In this document: positions 9,579 through 19,495 of the stretch, one piece after another
Layout: each line of letters begins with the position of its first letter
How positions within the stretch are numbered: the stretch's first letter is position 1
Source of the DNA: a virus
Taxonomy: Duplodnaviria; Caudoviricetes
Reading direction: 5' to 3' (one strand)
IMG/VR virus record: IMGVR_UViG_3300011334_000321
Span: 1-32,123 of that record
Length of the DNA: 32,123 bases
Made by a program: the position numbers and the translations under genes
The notes under the pieces: generated by a model
Told to the model about the DNA's origin: nothing
Databases searched by the model: none
The model's input: the letters and a program-made list of their open reading frames with translations, nothing else

Positions 9579-10001
9579 ATGAATTCACCTAACCCTTACA
9601 TGCAACCTGCGCCAGTAGTTATGCCAAACCCTATATTTAGCCCTACAGGTACGGCTCAAATGCAACAGCCAATGCCAGTGCAAATGAACGCGCCCCAACA
9701 AGACCTTAATCAACTGTCACCTGAAGCATTAGGGTCTGCATTGCAGAATTATTCTGCTAACGATATGAACATGCCGATTAAAGACCCAAATCATAAGGCT
9801 AATCTAATGGATCGTATAGACCAAGCATCTAAAATCTATGGTGATTACCAAAGCGGTGGAATGGACAAAGCTTTAGGTGGAATGATGGGCGCTAAATCGT
9901 ATGCTAATGTAAAACCTTTGTCTGATAAAATAATTTCAAGCGGAAATGCTATAGGCAATTATGCTGGATCAGCTTATAAAGGCTTGAAGGGGTTATTTTA
10001 A
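9579..10001 (+). CDS. Hypothetical, probable internal virion protein
   Basis: 140 aa, Pro/Gln/Met-rich, amphipathic Gly-rich C-terminus; coupled to next gene. Confidence 0.55.
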   Translation: MNSPNPYMQPAPVVMPNPIFSPTGTAQMQQPMPVQMNAPQQDLNQLSPEALGSALQNYSANDMNMPIKDPNHKANLMDRIDQASKIYGDYQSGGMDKALGGMMGAKSYANVKPLSDKIISSGNAIGNYAGSAYKGLKGLF

Positions 10002-11281
10002 TGGCTGGTTTATACGATACTGAAATTCTAGGCGCACAACAGCAAAGAGATTTAGCCCGCAAGTTACGCGATACTGAAATCCCTTCTACCGGGCATATGG
10101 TTGGTGATTGGTACGTTGCCCCAACTATGGCGCAACAATTATCGGGGTTGCTTAAACAAGGTATAGGAGCATACAAAGAAAATCAAGTCGAAAGTAAAAT
10201 TAAAGATTTACACACCCAACGTTTAAAAGATGTTATTGCGGCTAAACAAGGCTTAGGTATTCCAGCTACTCAGCAAGAACTTGAAGCAGCAGGTACGCCT
10301 GCTCAATCACCTTCAGTATTTAGTAGATTAGGCGCATTTGTAACAGGTGAAGACCAACCTAAAGGTGTACCTGCACAACCATATCAACAAGCTATAGCTC
10401 AAAATCTCACACCTGCGCAATCTGATGCAGCATTACTTAATTTAATGAACGCAAGTCCTGAATTAGGCGCTGGGGCTATAGGTTTGAGTAACACTAGAGC
10501 TACTAGAGAAGCTACAGCAGCGGAAAAAGCATACCAACATCAAAAAGATATAATTGAGCAAGATTGGAAGGAAAAGAGTTTTAATCAGCAACAACAATTT
10601 CAAGCGCAACAAAAAGAAGCGGATAGAACACTTAGAGAAATGGCGTTAAATAATCGTCCGCAGCCTCAAGCTCCTCAAGGGTCTATAGTTGAAGTTATCG
10701 ATCCTAATGACCCAACTAAGCTGATTAAAAAGAACACTATTACAGGTGAGATTTATGGGTATAGTGGGGCTGTGCCTAAAGTCGCTCCTCAATCGCCCGA
10801 AGTATCCGATACTAATGCCGCTAAAGGAATGCAATCATATTTAAATACTAAATATTTATCACGGGATAAAGAAGGAAATATTACGGATGATAAAGTTGCT
10901 AAACTTATAGATGAATCTACAAGCGGAGGGGCGCAGAAAAATGCAGCTGATTTATATGAGTGGGCTACAGGTAAAGGTACGTCAGGGGCTGAAAAAATAG
11001 CTCAGTTAGCTACTGTAACTAATGATATCACACTTAACCTTTTAAACGGTAAACTTGGTTCAGGTATATCTAACGCAGATAGAGAATTTTTACAAGCTAG
11101 ATCGGGAGATATTGCTAACCCTAAATTAGCGAGCAATGTACGCCATAAAGCTTGGAGGCAATTTACAGAAGGTGTAGATGCTATAGCCAATGGAAAACCA
11201 ATAATACCTATTACAAATGAATCTCAAGAATCAGTATCTCCTGATGATGAATTAGCAAGATTAAGGGCTAAACATGGATGA
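10001..11281 (+). CDS. Putative DNA ejection (internal virion) protein
   Basis: 426 aa, Gln/Ala-rich, in ejectosome position. Confidence 0.65.
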   Translation: MAGLYDTEILGAQQQRDLARKLRDTEIPSTGHMVGDWYVAPTMAQQLSGLLKQGIGAYKENQVESKIKDLHTQRLKDVIAAKQGLGIPATQQELEAAGTPAQSPSVFSRLGAFVTGEDQPKGVPAQPYQQAIAQNLTPAQSDAALLNLMNASPELGAGAIGLSNTRATREATAAEKAYQHQKDIIEQDWKEKSFNQQQQFQAQQKEADRTLREMALNNRPQPQAPQGSIVEVIDPNDPTKLIKKNTITGEIYGYSGAVPKVAPQSPEVSDTNAAKGMQSYLNTKYLSRDKEGNITDDKVAKLIDESTSGGAQKNAADLYEWATGKGTSGAEKIAQLATVTNDITLNLLNGKLGSGISNADREFLQARSGDIANPKLASNVRHKAWRQFTEGVDAIANGKPIIPITNESQESVSPDDELARLRAKHG

Positions 11282-13697
11282 TATTAATGAGTTAAAAAAA
11301 GATGCTGAAAAAGCATTTGAATTAGGTGATAAAAATCTATCTTTAAAAATATATAAGAAAATAGATGATTTAGTTAAAGCTGAAGAAAACCCTATTGTTT
11401 CTTATGGTAAAGATGTCTTAGGTAACGTCAGTAATTTGTATGCTGGAATTGCTAAAGGTGCTGTTCGCCCATTGCAAATGATAGGTGAACATATAGCGCC
11501 TGAAACTACTGAAAATGTATCGCAATACGCCAAAAATAAACTGGTTAATGCTGGATTTAACCCCGAATCTACTGCTTATAACGTAGGTACTTTAGCAGGT
11601 GAAACTGCTATTACTGCACCTGTTGGCGGTATATTGGGGTCAACGGCTAAAGTATTTAAAGCTTCACCTGCTTTAGTTAAAGCTATAACCACAGGTGGAA
11701 CGGAAATGGGTGGTTTTGGTAAAGGAGAAAAGCTTGCCACTATTGGACGAGGAATAATAGGTGGTGGGCTTACTGGCGGTGTTTCAACTGCACTTACTGA
11801 TCCCGAAGATATTTATAAAGGAACCGCTGTAGGTGCGTTCACCCCTCATGTATTAGGGGTATTAGGAACAGGCGCTACTAAAATTTACGATTTATTAAAA
11901 GGTAAATTAGCAGATGTAAACGCAGGTAAAATAGCTCGACAAGTATTAGGTGAAAATCTACCCGCAACTAGAGAGGCGTTGCTTAACGCGCCTCAAGAAT
12001 TAACTGCCGCTCAAGCGGCATACGGTAAAGCTACACCTGCTTTTGCGTCACTTGAAGGATTAGCAAGGACTACTCGCGGAGAACCTTATCTGGCTAAAGA
12101 TTTAGCTTCTCAAGCTGAAAATAGGGTTGTTATGGGAGCTATGACTCCTAATAAGGAACAGGCGCTTGCTAATGAAGCTCAAGTTATTGCTAATAGAACA
12201 GGTCAATTAACTCAAGGTCAAGATGTATTAAATACCGCATTAGCCAATCAAGTGCGTCAATTTGAAAGTAAAACTGCTAAGGATATTCCTCAAGTACCTC
12301 ACGGTGAAGTAATAGCTGGGCAGGCAAATGTTTTAAAAACAGCTGCTTCAGATGCCGTTAAACCATTATATGATGAAGCTTTTGCACTAGCACCTCATAA
12401 ATTTGATGTTGGAAATATAACTTCTGTGGCGGGGGAAATCAAAGATCGATTACCTTCACTTCTTGATTCAGGTACTGACCCTAAACTAACTACAGCAATA
12501 ACTAAAATATTTCAATCGACTCCTGCCTCTTCAGGACGAGAAGTAACTAATTTAGCAACAGGTAATAAATACATGCAGGGCGCTACCCCTGCCCTTCCTC
12601 CTCAAGCTTCATTAGAAGATTTGGATCAGCTAAGTAAAGCGCTTACTTCAGCGATAAGCCAAGCTAAATCAGCATCTCAACCTGATACAACATTGCTGGG
12701 TAATTTAGGTAGGTTAAAGACTGAAGTTAATAGGACTATTACAGCTAATGTGTCTAAAGAAGCTTTAACTGCATATGACAAAGCTAAAAATGTTTGGTTA
12801 AAAACTGTTCATGAGCCTTTTGGAGAAGGCGAAGTTAGAAAAATAATGAAGGAAAACCAAGCTTCAGGTAGACCTATGACGCTACCTGAAAACGCAACTA
12901 AACAATTTCTTAAATCTGAATCGGGGGCAGCTGATTTTAACCGGGCGTTTGGTAACGATCCTGATGCCAAAGAAGCGTTAAATTCAGGTATAGAACACCT
13001 GATGATGAACTCTAAAAACCCAGAAGCGTTTTTGGTTGATAATAGGTTAAAACTTAATGAACTTAGTAAAACTAACCCCGATCTTCAACCGCGATTAGAT
13101 CGCCTAGCCGAGCAACTGAGAGGGTTTAAAGCTGTACAGGGTTCGCTAGAAGCAGAAAGTAAGCTTATTCCTGAAAAAGTAGCTACTGAAATTGCTAATG
13201 CACCTAGCGCAGCTAATCAAGAAAGAGTTATTAGCCATCTTAGGAATATACTTCATCCGTTTCCTGGGCAAGAAAACGCAAACCCTTTCTTATCTGCGCT
13301 TGAAAAAGCCGATGTAAGTTCTTTAAACGCTCCCCAGCAACTATTTGGTTTAAACACTGTTCAAGCTAAACTTTTAAGAGATGCTGATTTGGCGGCACAA
13401 GCGGAAGCAGGTAAAGGAACATTAAAGCAAGCGTGGAAGGATAATACATTCTTGCAGAAACTACCTTCATATCTTAATGTTGCTACATCAACAGCCAATA
13501 AAATTATAGGGATTACTGAAAAGCAACTAGCAAGTGCTATTGAACGTAAGCTATCATCTGGGATGGAATCTCCTGAAAACGCAATTAAGATGCTCAATAT
13601 GATGCCTGCGGATCAAAGAGCTACTATAATACGGGAATTAAGAAATGCAGGCCCTACAATATCAAGGGCTGCGGTTTTATCAGCTAATAAATTTTAA
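11274..13697 (+). CDS. Large DNA ejection (internal virion) protein
   Basis: 807 aa, Gly-rich hydrophobic N-terminal third then long helical region; last gene before tail fibres. Confidence 0.7.
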   Translation: MDDINELKKDAEKAFELGDKNLSLKIYKKIDDLVKAEENPIVSYGKDVLGNVSNLYAGIAKGAVRPLQMIGEHIAPETTENVSQYAKNKLVNAGFNPESTAYNVGTLAGETAITAPVGGILGSTAKVFKASPALVKAITTGGTEMGGFGKGEKLATIGRGIIGGGLTGGVSTALTDPEDIYKGTAVGAFTPHVLGVLGTGATKIYDLLKGKLADVNAGKIARQVLGENLPATREALLNAPQELTAAQAAYGKATPAFASLEGLARTTRGEPYLAKDLASQAENRVVMGAMTPNKEQALANEAQVIANRTGQLTQGQDVLNTALANQVRQFESKTAKDIPQVPHGEVIAGQANVLKTAASDAVKPLYDEAFALAPHKFDVGNITSVAGEIKDRLPSLLDSGTDPKLTTAITKIFQSTPASSGREVTNLATGNKYMQGATPALPPQASLEDLDQLSKALTSAISQAKSASQPDTTLLGNLGRLKTEVNRTITANVSKEALTAYDKAKNVWLKTVHEPFGEGEVRKIMKENQASGRPMTLPENATKQFLKSESGAADFNRAFGNDPDAKEALNSGIEHLMMNSKNPEAFLVDNRLKLNELSKTNPDLQPRLDRLAEQLRGFKAVQGSLEAESKLIPEKVATEIANAPSAANQERVISHLRNILHPFPGQENANPFLSALEKADVSSLNAPQQLFGLNTVQAKLLRDADLAAQAEAGKGTLKQAWKDNTFLQKLPSYLNVATSTANKIIGITEKQLASAIERKLSSGMESPENAIKMLNMMPADQRATIIRELRNAGPTISRAAVLSANKF

Positions 13698-13706
13698 GGA
13701 TTAACG

Positions 13707-14267
13707 ATGCCCTACAATGGCTCTGGTACGTTTACTTTACCTGCTGGCAATCCTGTTGTTACTGGAACAACAATATCGTCAGTTACGACTAATAACACCA
13801 ATAATGACATAGCCAATGGTTTGTCTAATGCGGTTACTCGAAATGGTCAATCACCGCCAACGGCTAACTTGCCGATGGGAGGGTTTAGATTAACAGGTCT
13901 TGCAGCAGGGGGTGGTAATGGTGAATCTGTTAGGTATGAACAAACCACATTAAAAACATCATTGACGGGAGCATCATTACTACCTGTCGGTACATTAGCT
14001 GAACGTGATGGAACGCCTAGCGCAGGCTATGTTCGATTTAACACGACTTACGCTACTTTTGAAGGGTATAATGGCACAGCTTGGGGCAGTATTGGAGGCG
14101 GTGCTACTGGCGGTGGATCAGATCAAGTATTTATCGAAAACAGTAAAGCTGTAACCACTAATTACACTTTAACCACAGGTAAAAACGCAATGTCAACTGG
14201 CCCTATTACGATCAATAGTGGTGTAACGATTACTGTGCCTAGCACACAAAGATGGGTTGTATTGTAG
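13707..14267 (+). CDS. Tail fibre anchor/proximal protein
   Basis: MPYNGSGTF...ANLPMGGFRLTGL anchor-type N-terminus; GYVRFNT..FEGYNGTAW repeat; C-terminal NAMSTGPITINSGVTITVP..RWVVL. Confidence 0.75.
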   Translation: MPYNGSGTFTLPAGNPVVTGTTISSVTTNNTNNDIANGLSNAVTRNGQSPPTANLPMGGFRLTGLAAGGGNGESVRYEQTTLKTSLTGASLLPVGTLAERDGTPSAGYVRFNTTYATFEGYNGTAWGSIGGGATGGGSDQVFIENSKAVTTNYTLTTGKNAMSTGPITINSGVTITVPSTQRWVVL

Positions 14268-14315
14268 CTATGAGTTGCGCTCAAGCTTGTATTGAATTTT
14301 ATAAAGGATTAAACA

Positions 14316-14984
14316 ATGGCTTCAACAATTAACGCAAGTACAGCGAGTGGAGGCGGTGTAATAACTTCTGCTGATGCTTCTGGGGTATTACAATTACAAA
14401 CGGCTGGTGTTACAGGGCTGACCATAGATGCATCGCAGAATGTTACATTTGCTAACTCGTTGACCTCTCCTACTTTGGATACACCTGTTATCAATGGCAT
14501 GGGCTCTAGCATCTTAACTTCAGCTACAGCTAAAGCATCAACTTCAGGCACTTCAATAGACTTTACTGGTATTCCTAGTTGGGCAAAAAGAATTACTGTA
14601 ATGTTTAGTGGTGTTTCTACTAGCGGAACAAACGGTATTCGTTTTCAACTCATGGTTGGCGGTGTTGCTGTAACAACAAACTATAATTCTGCTTCTTATA
14701 CAATAACAAATGCGGTTGCTGCTGGGGTTACTGCGGTTACAAATGGCTTTTCATTAACTTTAGCTTCTACATCAAGTGTAAATCATGGTCAAATTGTGCT
14801 TTGCCAGTTATCTTCAAACGCATGGACTGGAACAGGGAGTTTTTTTGACAACCTAGCAACAGAGCGAATTGCAGTAACAACTGGTCGAGCATTTTCAGTA
14901 GGAACTGTTGATGGCATTAGAGTAACAACTAATGGCGGCACAGATACATTCGATGCAGGTTCTATTAATATAATGTACGAGTAA
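14316..14984 (+). CDS. Tail fibre / receptor-binding subunit
   Basis: Ser/Thr/Gly-rich; STSGTSIDFTGIPSW...FDAGSINIMYE C-terminal beta domain. Confidence 0.65.
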   Translation: MASTINASTASGGGVITSADASGVLQLQTAGVTGLTIDASQNVTFANSLTSPTLDTPVINGMGSSILTSATAKASTSGTSIDFTGIPSWAKRITVMFSGVSTSGTNGIRFQLMVGGVAVTTNYNSASYTITNAVAAGVTAVTNGFSLTLASTSSVNHGQIVLCQLSSNAWTGTGSFFDNLATERIAVTTGRAFSVGTVDGIRVTTNGGTDTFDAGSINIMYE

Positions 14985-14995
14985 GGGATACTAAC

Positions 14996-15766
14996 ATGGC
15001 AATACTTTTAGATGGGACAAGTGGAATCAACACACCCAACACATTTGCATACAAGAACTTACTGATCGATGCTGGATTTACTATTAACCAACGAGGGTAT
15101 GTTTCTGCTGCAACCTTAGCTTCAGGTGCTTACGGTCATGATAGATGGAAAGCTGGTGCTTCAGGTGGTGATTATTCATTCACTCAGTTAGCATCAAATA
15201 CTCAGATCACAATCGCTTCTGGTAAATCTTTAATACAAGTTGTTGAAGATAAGAACGTTAGTGGTACAAGTTATGTCTTGTCTTGGGAAGGCACAGCGCA
15301 AGCTCGATATGCTGTTAATAGTGCTACTCCTGCTGGTTCTTACGCAGCAAGCCCTATTGTTATCACAGGTCAAACTGCTGGTACGACAATGAGTGTTGAG
15401 TTCAACACAGGCACATTAAGCAAACCTCAGCTTGAACTCGGAGCAGTAGCAACATCATTTGACCAACGTGCATACAGTCAAGAGTTGGCGATGTGTCAGA
15501 GGTATTATCAAGTAGATATTTTAGCAACCGTTGGAGGAGGGGCATCGCCTACAGCAACCAATAGGAGTTTTTACTGTAACGTCAATTTCCCTGTACCTTT
15601 TAGGGCTAGCCCCACTATGACTACACTTAGTACAATAGGTTCATCAAATATGAACGCAGGTTCTTGGGCGCAACTAGACGCATCAAGAGGGTATTTTGTT
15701 GCCACAAACTCAGTAGCTAATGATTGTGCGCTTGTTGTGCAATGTTCAGGCGCAGCGGAGCTTTAA
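14996..15766 (+). CDS. Tail fibre / receptor-binding subunit
   Basis: KNLLIDAGFTINQRG...DRWK...PQLELG.VAT.F...ELAMCQRYYQ...FPVPFRASPT motifs typical of phage fibre tips. Confidence 0.75.
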   Translation: MAILLDGTSGINTPNTFAYKNLLIDAGFTINQRGYVSAATLASGAYGHDRWKAGASGGDYSFTQLASNTQITIASGKSLIQVVEDKNVSGTSYVLSWEGTAQARYAVNSATPAGSYAASPIVITGQTAGTTMSVEFNTGTLSKPQLELGAVATSFDQRAYSQELAMCQRYYQVDILATVGGGASPTATNRSFYCNVNFPVPFRASPTMTTLSTIGSSNMNAGSWAQLDASRGYFVATNSVANDCALVVQCSGAAEL

Positions 15767-15769
15767 GAC

Positions 15770-16135
15770 ATGTATAAATTAACTAACAACGAATCAATAA
15801 TCCGCATAGAAGATAACGCTTGTATCCCTAACGATCCAGCTAATACTGACTACGCACAATACCTTATCTGGGCTGAAACAAACACCCCCGAACCTGCTGA
15901 CATACCACCTGTAGTTATACCTGACATCTCAATGCGACAAGCACGTTTAGCACTCTTAGCTGATGGTTTGCTTGATGATGTTGAAGCTGCTTTATCTACA
16001 CCTGAATATAAAATCTGGTGGGAGTATTCAACGGTTGTTGAGCGTAATAATTATCTAGTGAATGACGTACTTAAAATTTTAGGCAAGTCAGACGAAGAAA
16101 TAGATCAAATGTTTATAGGAGCATCACAGTTATGA
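15770..16135 (+). CDS. Tail fibre assembly/chaperone-like protein
   Basis: [15 protein letters not shown] and [11 protein letters not shown]...IDQMFI.A motifs; directly after fibre gene. Confidence 0.65.
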   Translation: MYKLTNNESIIRIEDNACIPNDPANTDYAQYLIWAETNTPEPADIPPVVIPDISMRQARLALLADGLLDDVEAALSTPEYKIWWEYSTVVERNNYLVNDVLKILGKSDEEIDQMFIGASQL

Positions 16136-16674
16136 GCAGTGTAGTTATAGCAGGAGATACCAGCGGTTCAATAACGTTACAAGCGCCAGCAGTTGCAGGG
16201 AGTACGGTTTTAACTTTGCCAGCACAAACAGGAACGGTGATGGTGAATGGCCCAGCGTTTAGTGCTTATGCTAATGCGTCTTTAAGTATAACCTCCGCAA
16301 CAGATACAAAAGTAAATATCAATACTGTTATATTTGATACAGCGTCTTGTTTTAACACTGCTAACAATAGATTTACACCTACTGTAGCTGGGTATTATCA
16401 AGTTAATGGGTGTGTACGTGGCGCAGCAACGAACTTAGTTAATGCAAGTTCCGCAATATATAAAAATGGAAGTTTATATATGCAAGGAGGGACATTAAAT
16501 ATTGCTGCAATTTCATCCGCTGAAATGGTAGTTATTAACACTGTGGTGTTTTTAAATGGAACTACAGACTATTTGGAATTATGGGGAAGTGCAACTGGAA
16601 CATCTGCATCATTTAACTGTTTTTCCGTCAATTCAACTTCGGCATTTTCTGCTGCTTTGATAAGGAGCGCATAA
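16132..16674 (+). CDS. Tail fibre subunit with C1q/TNF-like head
   Basis: PAFSAY...FDT...[18 protein letters not shown]...[11 protein letters not shown]...FSAALI. Confidence 0.7.
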   Translation: MSSVVIAGDTSGSITLQAPAVAGSTVLTLPAQTGTVMVNGPAFSAYANASLSITSATDTKVNINTVIFDTASCFNTANNRFTPTVAGYYQVNGCVRGAATNLVNASSAIYKNGSLYMQGGTLNIAAISSAEMVVINTVVFLNGTTDYLELWGSATGTSASFNCFSVNSTSAFSAALIRSA

Positions 16675-16675
16675 C

Positions 16676-16837
16676 ATGAAAATAAATTGGTCAGAAGCTT
16701 CAACAAAACGCGGTCTTATCTGGGTAGCTACAGCTATCGCAGGGGCAGTTCTTATCTTTATGGGTAAGCCCATAGATCAACTTTTAATCCTAGCTAGTGG
16801 CGTTGCTGGTGGGCTTGGAATGATGTTAAAGGACTAG
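16676..16837 (+). CDS. Putative holin (53 aa, two TM segments; absent from ORF track)
   Basis: MKINWSEASTKRGLIWVATAIAGAVLIFMGKPIDQLLILASGVAGGLGMMLKD; AAGGAG RBS; upstream of endolysin. Confidence 0.7.
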   Translation: MKINWSEASTKRGLIWVATAIAGAVLIFMGKPIDQLLILASGVAGGLGMMLKD

Positions 16838-16841
16838 GTGA

Positions 16842-17072
16842 ATGATGACAGACCTTAACTGCCGAGTGGCTAAAGTAGAACAGAAAATTGAGGGGCTTAC
16901 CCAAGAACTTCATAAAGAGCTGGAAGATTCACGCAGAAGGTCTGATCGTATTTTTATGGCATTAGACGAACTGAAAAAAGATTCAGCTAACAATAAAGGT
17001 TTTTTTGGTGGTGTTGTATTTGCTGTCGGTGCTATCTTTGCTGTTATAGCTTATATATTTGGTAAAGGTTAA
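16842..17072 (+). CDS. Coiled-coil plus C-terminal TM protein (holin/antiholin candidate)
   Basis: Heptad N-terminus then GFFGGVVFAVGAIFAVIAYIF; coupled to endolysin. Confidence 0.6.
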   Translation: MMTDLNCRVAKVEQKIEGLTQELHKELEDSRRRSDRIFMALDELKKDSANNKGFFGGVVFAVGAIFAVIAYIFGKG

Positions 17073-17503
17073 TGAGTGCATTAGAAATATTAATAAAGCT
17101 CATTAAAGATAGTGAAGGTTGCAAATTAAAAGCATATAAATGTCCAGCAGGTATTTGGACTATTGGTTATGGGCAAACCAAAGGTATCAAGGAAGGAATG
17201 GTATGGACTCAAAACCAAGCTGATGAAGATTTAGTTAAAACCGCATTAGAAGTGCTTAACAGAGCGATAAAGTATTCACCCATACTGACAACTGTTAATA
17301 TGGAAAAACAAGCTGCAATCGCTGATTTTATCTATAATTTAGGCGTTGGTAATTACGCTACTTCAACGCTAAAGAAGAAAGTTGATGTTGGTGATTGGGT
17401 GTCCGCAGCGTCTGAAATCAAACGCTGGGACAAAGCCGCAGGGAAAGTGCTAAAAGGACTTACTGTTCGTAGAGCGAAGGAGGCGGCTCTACTGCTGGAG
17501 TAG
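17072..17503 (+). CDS. Endolysin, GH24 lysozyme
   Basis: EGCKLKAYKCPAGIWTIGYG gives E-x8-C-x5-T triad; FIYNLG and GLTVRRAKE motifs. Confidence 0.95.
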   Translation: MSALEILIKLIKDSEGCKLKAYKCPAGIWTIGYGQTKGIKEGMVWTQNQADEDLVKTALEVLNRAIKYSPILTTVNMEKQAAIADFIYNLGVGNYATSTLKKKVDVGDWVSAASEIKRWDKAAGKVLKGLTVRRAKEAALLLE

Positions 17504-17807
17504 ACGCATACGGGTTATTGGGGCTTTGATTGCTCAGTTCTGAACCGTATTGCGAATAAGGATTGTTAATGCTGGTATTCGATAAAGGCGATCCGTATTG
17601 CGATAAGGGATTGCTAATCGAATTAATTGCCATCGGGTTAGATGTCATTTCACCTAAATAAGTTCCATCGGGAGCATATAAAGATGCAGAAAATGCGTCT
17701 TTAAAATTAAACATTAACGATATAATGAGCAAAACCATTAAAAATAGGTTCATTAATCGTGATTTATACAATTTTTGTTCGATTTCTTCACAGTTATAGA
17801 ATATCAT
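17460..17807 (-). CDS. Membrane-anchored/secreted hypothetical protein with NP.SQYGS repeats
   Basis: ATG at 17807 (ATGA overlap); hydrophobic segment, then SISNPLSQYGS / SINNPYSQYGS / SPNNPY. Confidence 0.7.
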   Translation of the reverse strand: MIFYNCEEIEQKLYKSRLMNLFLMVLLIISLMFNFKDAFSASLYAPDGTYLGEMTSNPMAINSISNPLSQYGSPLSNTSINNPYSQYGSELSNQSPNNPYASTPAVEPPPSLYEQ

Positions 17808-17989
17808 TGTTGCTCTCCGAATAATTGATTGCGCTCCCTTGCCATCCTCAAGGTGCAAAAACGTTGATGTAGCCGTATCATAACCATCGCACGTCTAGCA
17901 CCTGTTTTTTCTTCCTCAAGAAGTTTAAGGACTTCTTCTTCATTCATATCTGCCAGTACCTCGTTTAAACTTCTCCAACTTAATTTCAT
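17804..17989 (-). CDS. Small hypothetical protein downstream of helicase
   Basis: 61 aa, ATGA overlaps at both ends, GAGGAG RBS. Confidence 0.7.
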   Translation of the reverse strand: MKLSWRSLNEVLADMNEEEVLKLLEEEKTGARRAMVMIRLHQRFCTLRMARERNQLFGEQQ

Positions 17990-19329
17990 CGTAGCTCCTC
18001 TATTGCGATTTCAGATAACGTACATTTCTCTTGTAAGACAGAATAAATGCGCTCGTCTATTGTATTTTCAGTCATTAAAATATAACACCACACTTCACGT
18101 TTCTGACCACTCCGGTGAATACGCCCGATTGCCTGTTCAAAATACTCCAATGACCACGGTAATGATAAGAACACTATCTTATTGCCGTGATGCTGAAGGT
18201 TCAGTCCATGCCCTGCGCTCTTAGGGTGAGCCAACAACAACTCAATTTGCCCAGTATTCCAACGTTCAACGGCATTAGGATCATCTAATGTTTGAGCGTG
18301 AGGGTATCTCCGTTTGAGTTCTTCGAGTTCTTCCTTGTACATGTAAAAAATCATTGTACAATCTCTTTGATTTTCTGCAAGCAATTCTTCTAATCTATCG
18401 AATTTATGACTAGAAAACCATATAGATTGTGTGGAAGTGTTAAATTTACCTGGTGACTTACTCGGTGTAGTTGTCGAGTGATAAACAAACCCAGAACTCA
18501 TTTGCTGAAGCTTACCCGTCACTACTGCAAGATTAGTTGCAACCGCAGTTGCACTGGGAAACGCTACAACTAAATCCTTCTTCATAGTATTATAGTGTTC
18601 CATATTCATCTGGCACTTAATCTCAACCATGTGCAAAGGCGGCATCAGATTAGCGTAATCACCTGCATCTAACAGATAGGTAGCTGGTTTGATAGTTTTC
18701 ATAATTTTAGGTAAGGAGTCAGGACGTGCAGCCCATTCACCATAATCACGATTCATCAGAACAAAATATTGCTGTAGGAAAGCGTTTTTGCTTCTACCTA
18801 GCAATGATTGGTCTACTACTTTACATTGTCCAAACACGTCTTCTAAACCATTGCTAGTAAATGATCCGGTCAAGCCCCAGCGTATCTTGAACAGGTCTAT
18901 CACTTTGAACAAGGCTTTAAAGCGTGATCCAGACGGGTTCTTCAAACGTGTCAGCTCGTCAAAAACGATGCCGTCAAAGCCTTGAAGCAAGTCCGGACGT
19001 TCACGGCAAAGCCATAACAAATTGTCGTAATTGGTAACGATCACATTAGCAGCGCAATTAAACGCTGCTATTCTGTTCTTAGCATTTCCAATAGCTATTT
19101 CAATGAATATGTTAGAAGCCCATTTAAGCCCTTCCTGCCTCCAAACATCAGTACACACACGCTTAGGTGCAAGCACTAAGAATCGTTTAACATGCCCATC
19201 CTGAATCATTGCTTGCATAGCTGTTAGAGTGATGGCCGTCTTGCCTGCACCAACAGGTGCAAGAATCATCGCTCGATCACGGCTGTACAAGAAATCAGCA
19301 GCTTCATCCTGATAAGGTCTTAAAACCAT
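17986..19329 (-). CDS. SNF2-like (SF2) helicase
   Basis: LRPYQ, APVGAGKT (Walker A), VFDELT, GLTGS, SAGHGLNLQ, QAIGRIHRSGQ; ATG at 19329 with GGAG RBS. Confidence 0.93.
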   Translation of the reverse strand: MVLRPYQDEAADFLYSRDRAMILAPVGAGKTAITLTAMQAMIQDGHVKRFLVLAPKRVCTDVWRQEGLKWASNIFIEIAIGNAKNRIAAFNCAANVIVTNYDNLLWLCRERPDLLQGFDGIVFDELTRLKNPSGSRFKALFKVIDLFKIRWGLTGSFTSNGLEDVFGQCKVVDQSLLGRSKNAFLQQYFVLMNRDYGEWAARPDSLPKIMKTIKPATYLLDAGDYANLMPPLHMVEIKCQMNMEHYNTMKKDLVVAFPSATAVATNLAVVTGKLQQMSSGFVYHSTTTPSKSPGKFNTSTQSIWFSSHKFDRLEELLAENQRDCTMIFYMYKEELEELKRRYPHAQTLDDPNAVERWNTGQIELLLAHPKSAGHGLNLQHHGNKIVFLSLPWSLEYFEQAIGRIHRSGQKREVWCYILMTENTIDERIYSVLQEKCTLSEIAIEELR

Positions 19330-19439
19330 TGGTTTCTCCAATTTAAATATGCTTCACAAGGAGTGCGCCCATACCCTGCAATTTCGTAAGGCCCTCCACA
19401 TACCCAAAAGCGTCCTACTCGTTTAATTTTTGGTTTCAT
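19320..19439 (-). CDS. Small hypothetical protein (39 aa; absent from ORF track)
   Basis: MKPKIKRVGRFWVCGGPYEIAGYGRTPCEAYLNWRNQWF; overlaps neighbours in operon fashion. Confidence 0.55.
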   Translation of the reverse strand: MKPKIKRVGRFWVCGGPYEIAGYGRTPCEAYLNWRNQWF

Positions 19440-19495
19440 AACTGCGCTCATTAGCTTTAAAAACGTTTTTCTTGCGTTGTTTATTAGTTGTCTTA

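Noticed and set aside
13707-16674. Diversity-generating retroelement or invertible tail cassette
   Set aside because: No reverse transcriptase or invertase in the window and no TR/VR-like duplicate seen by eye
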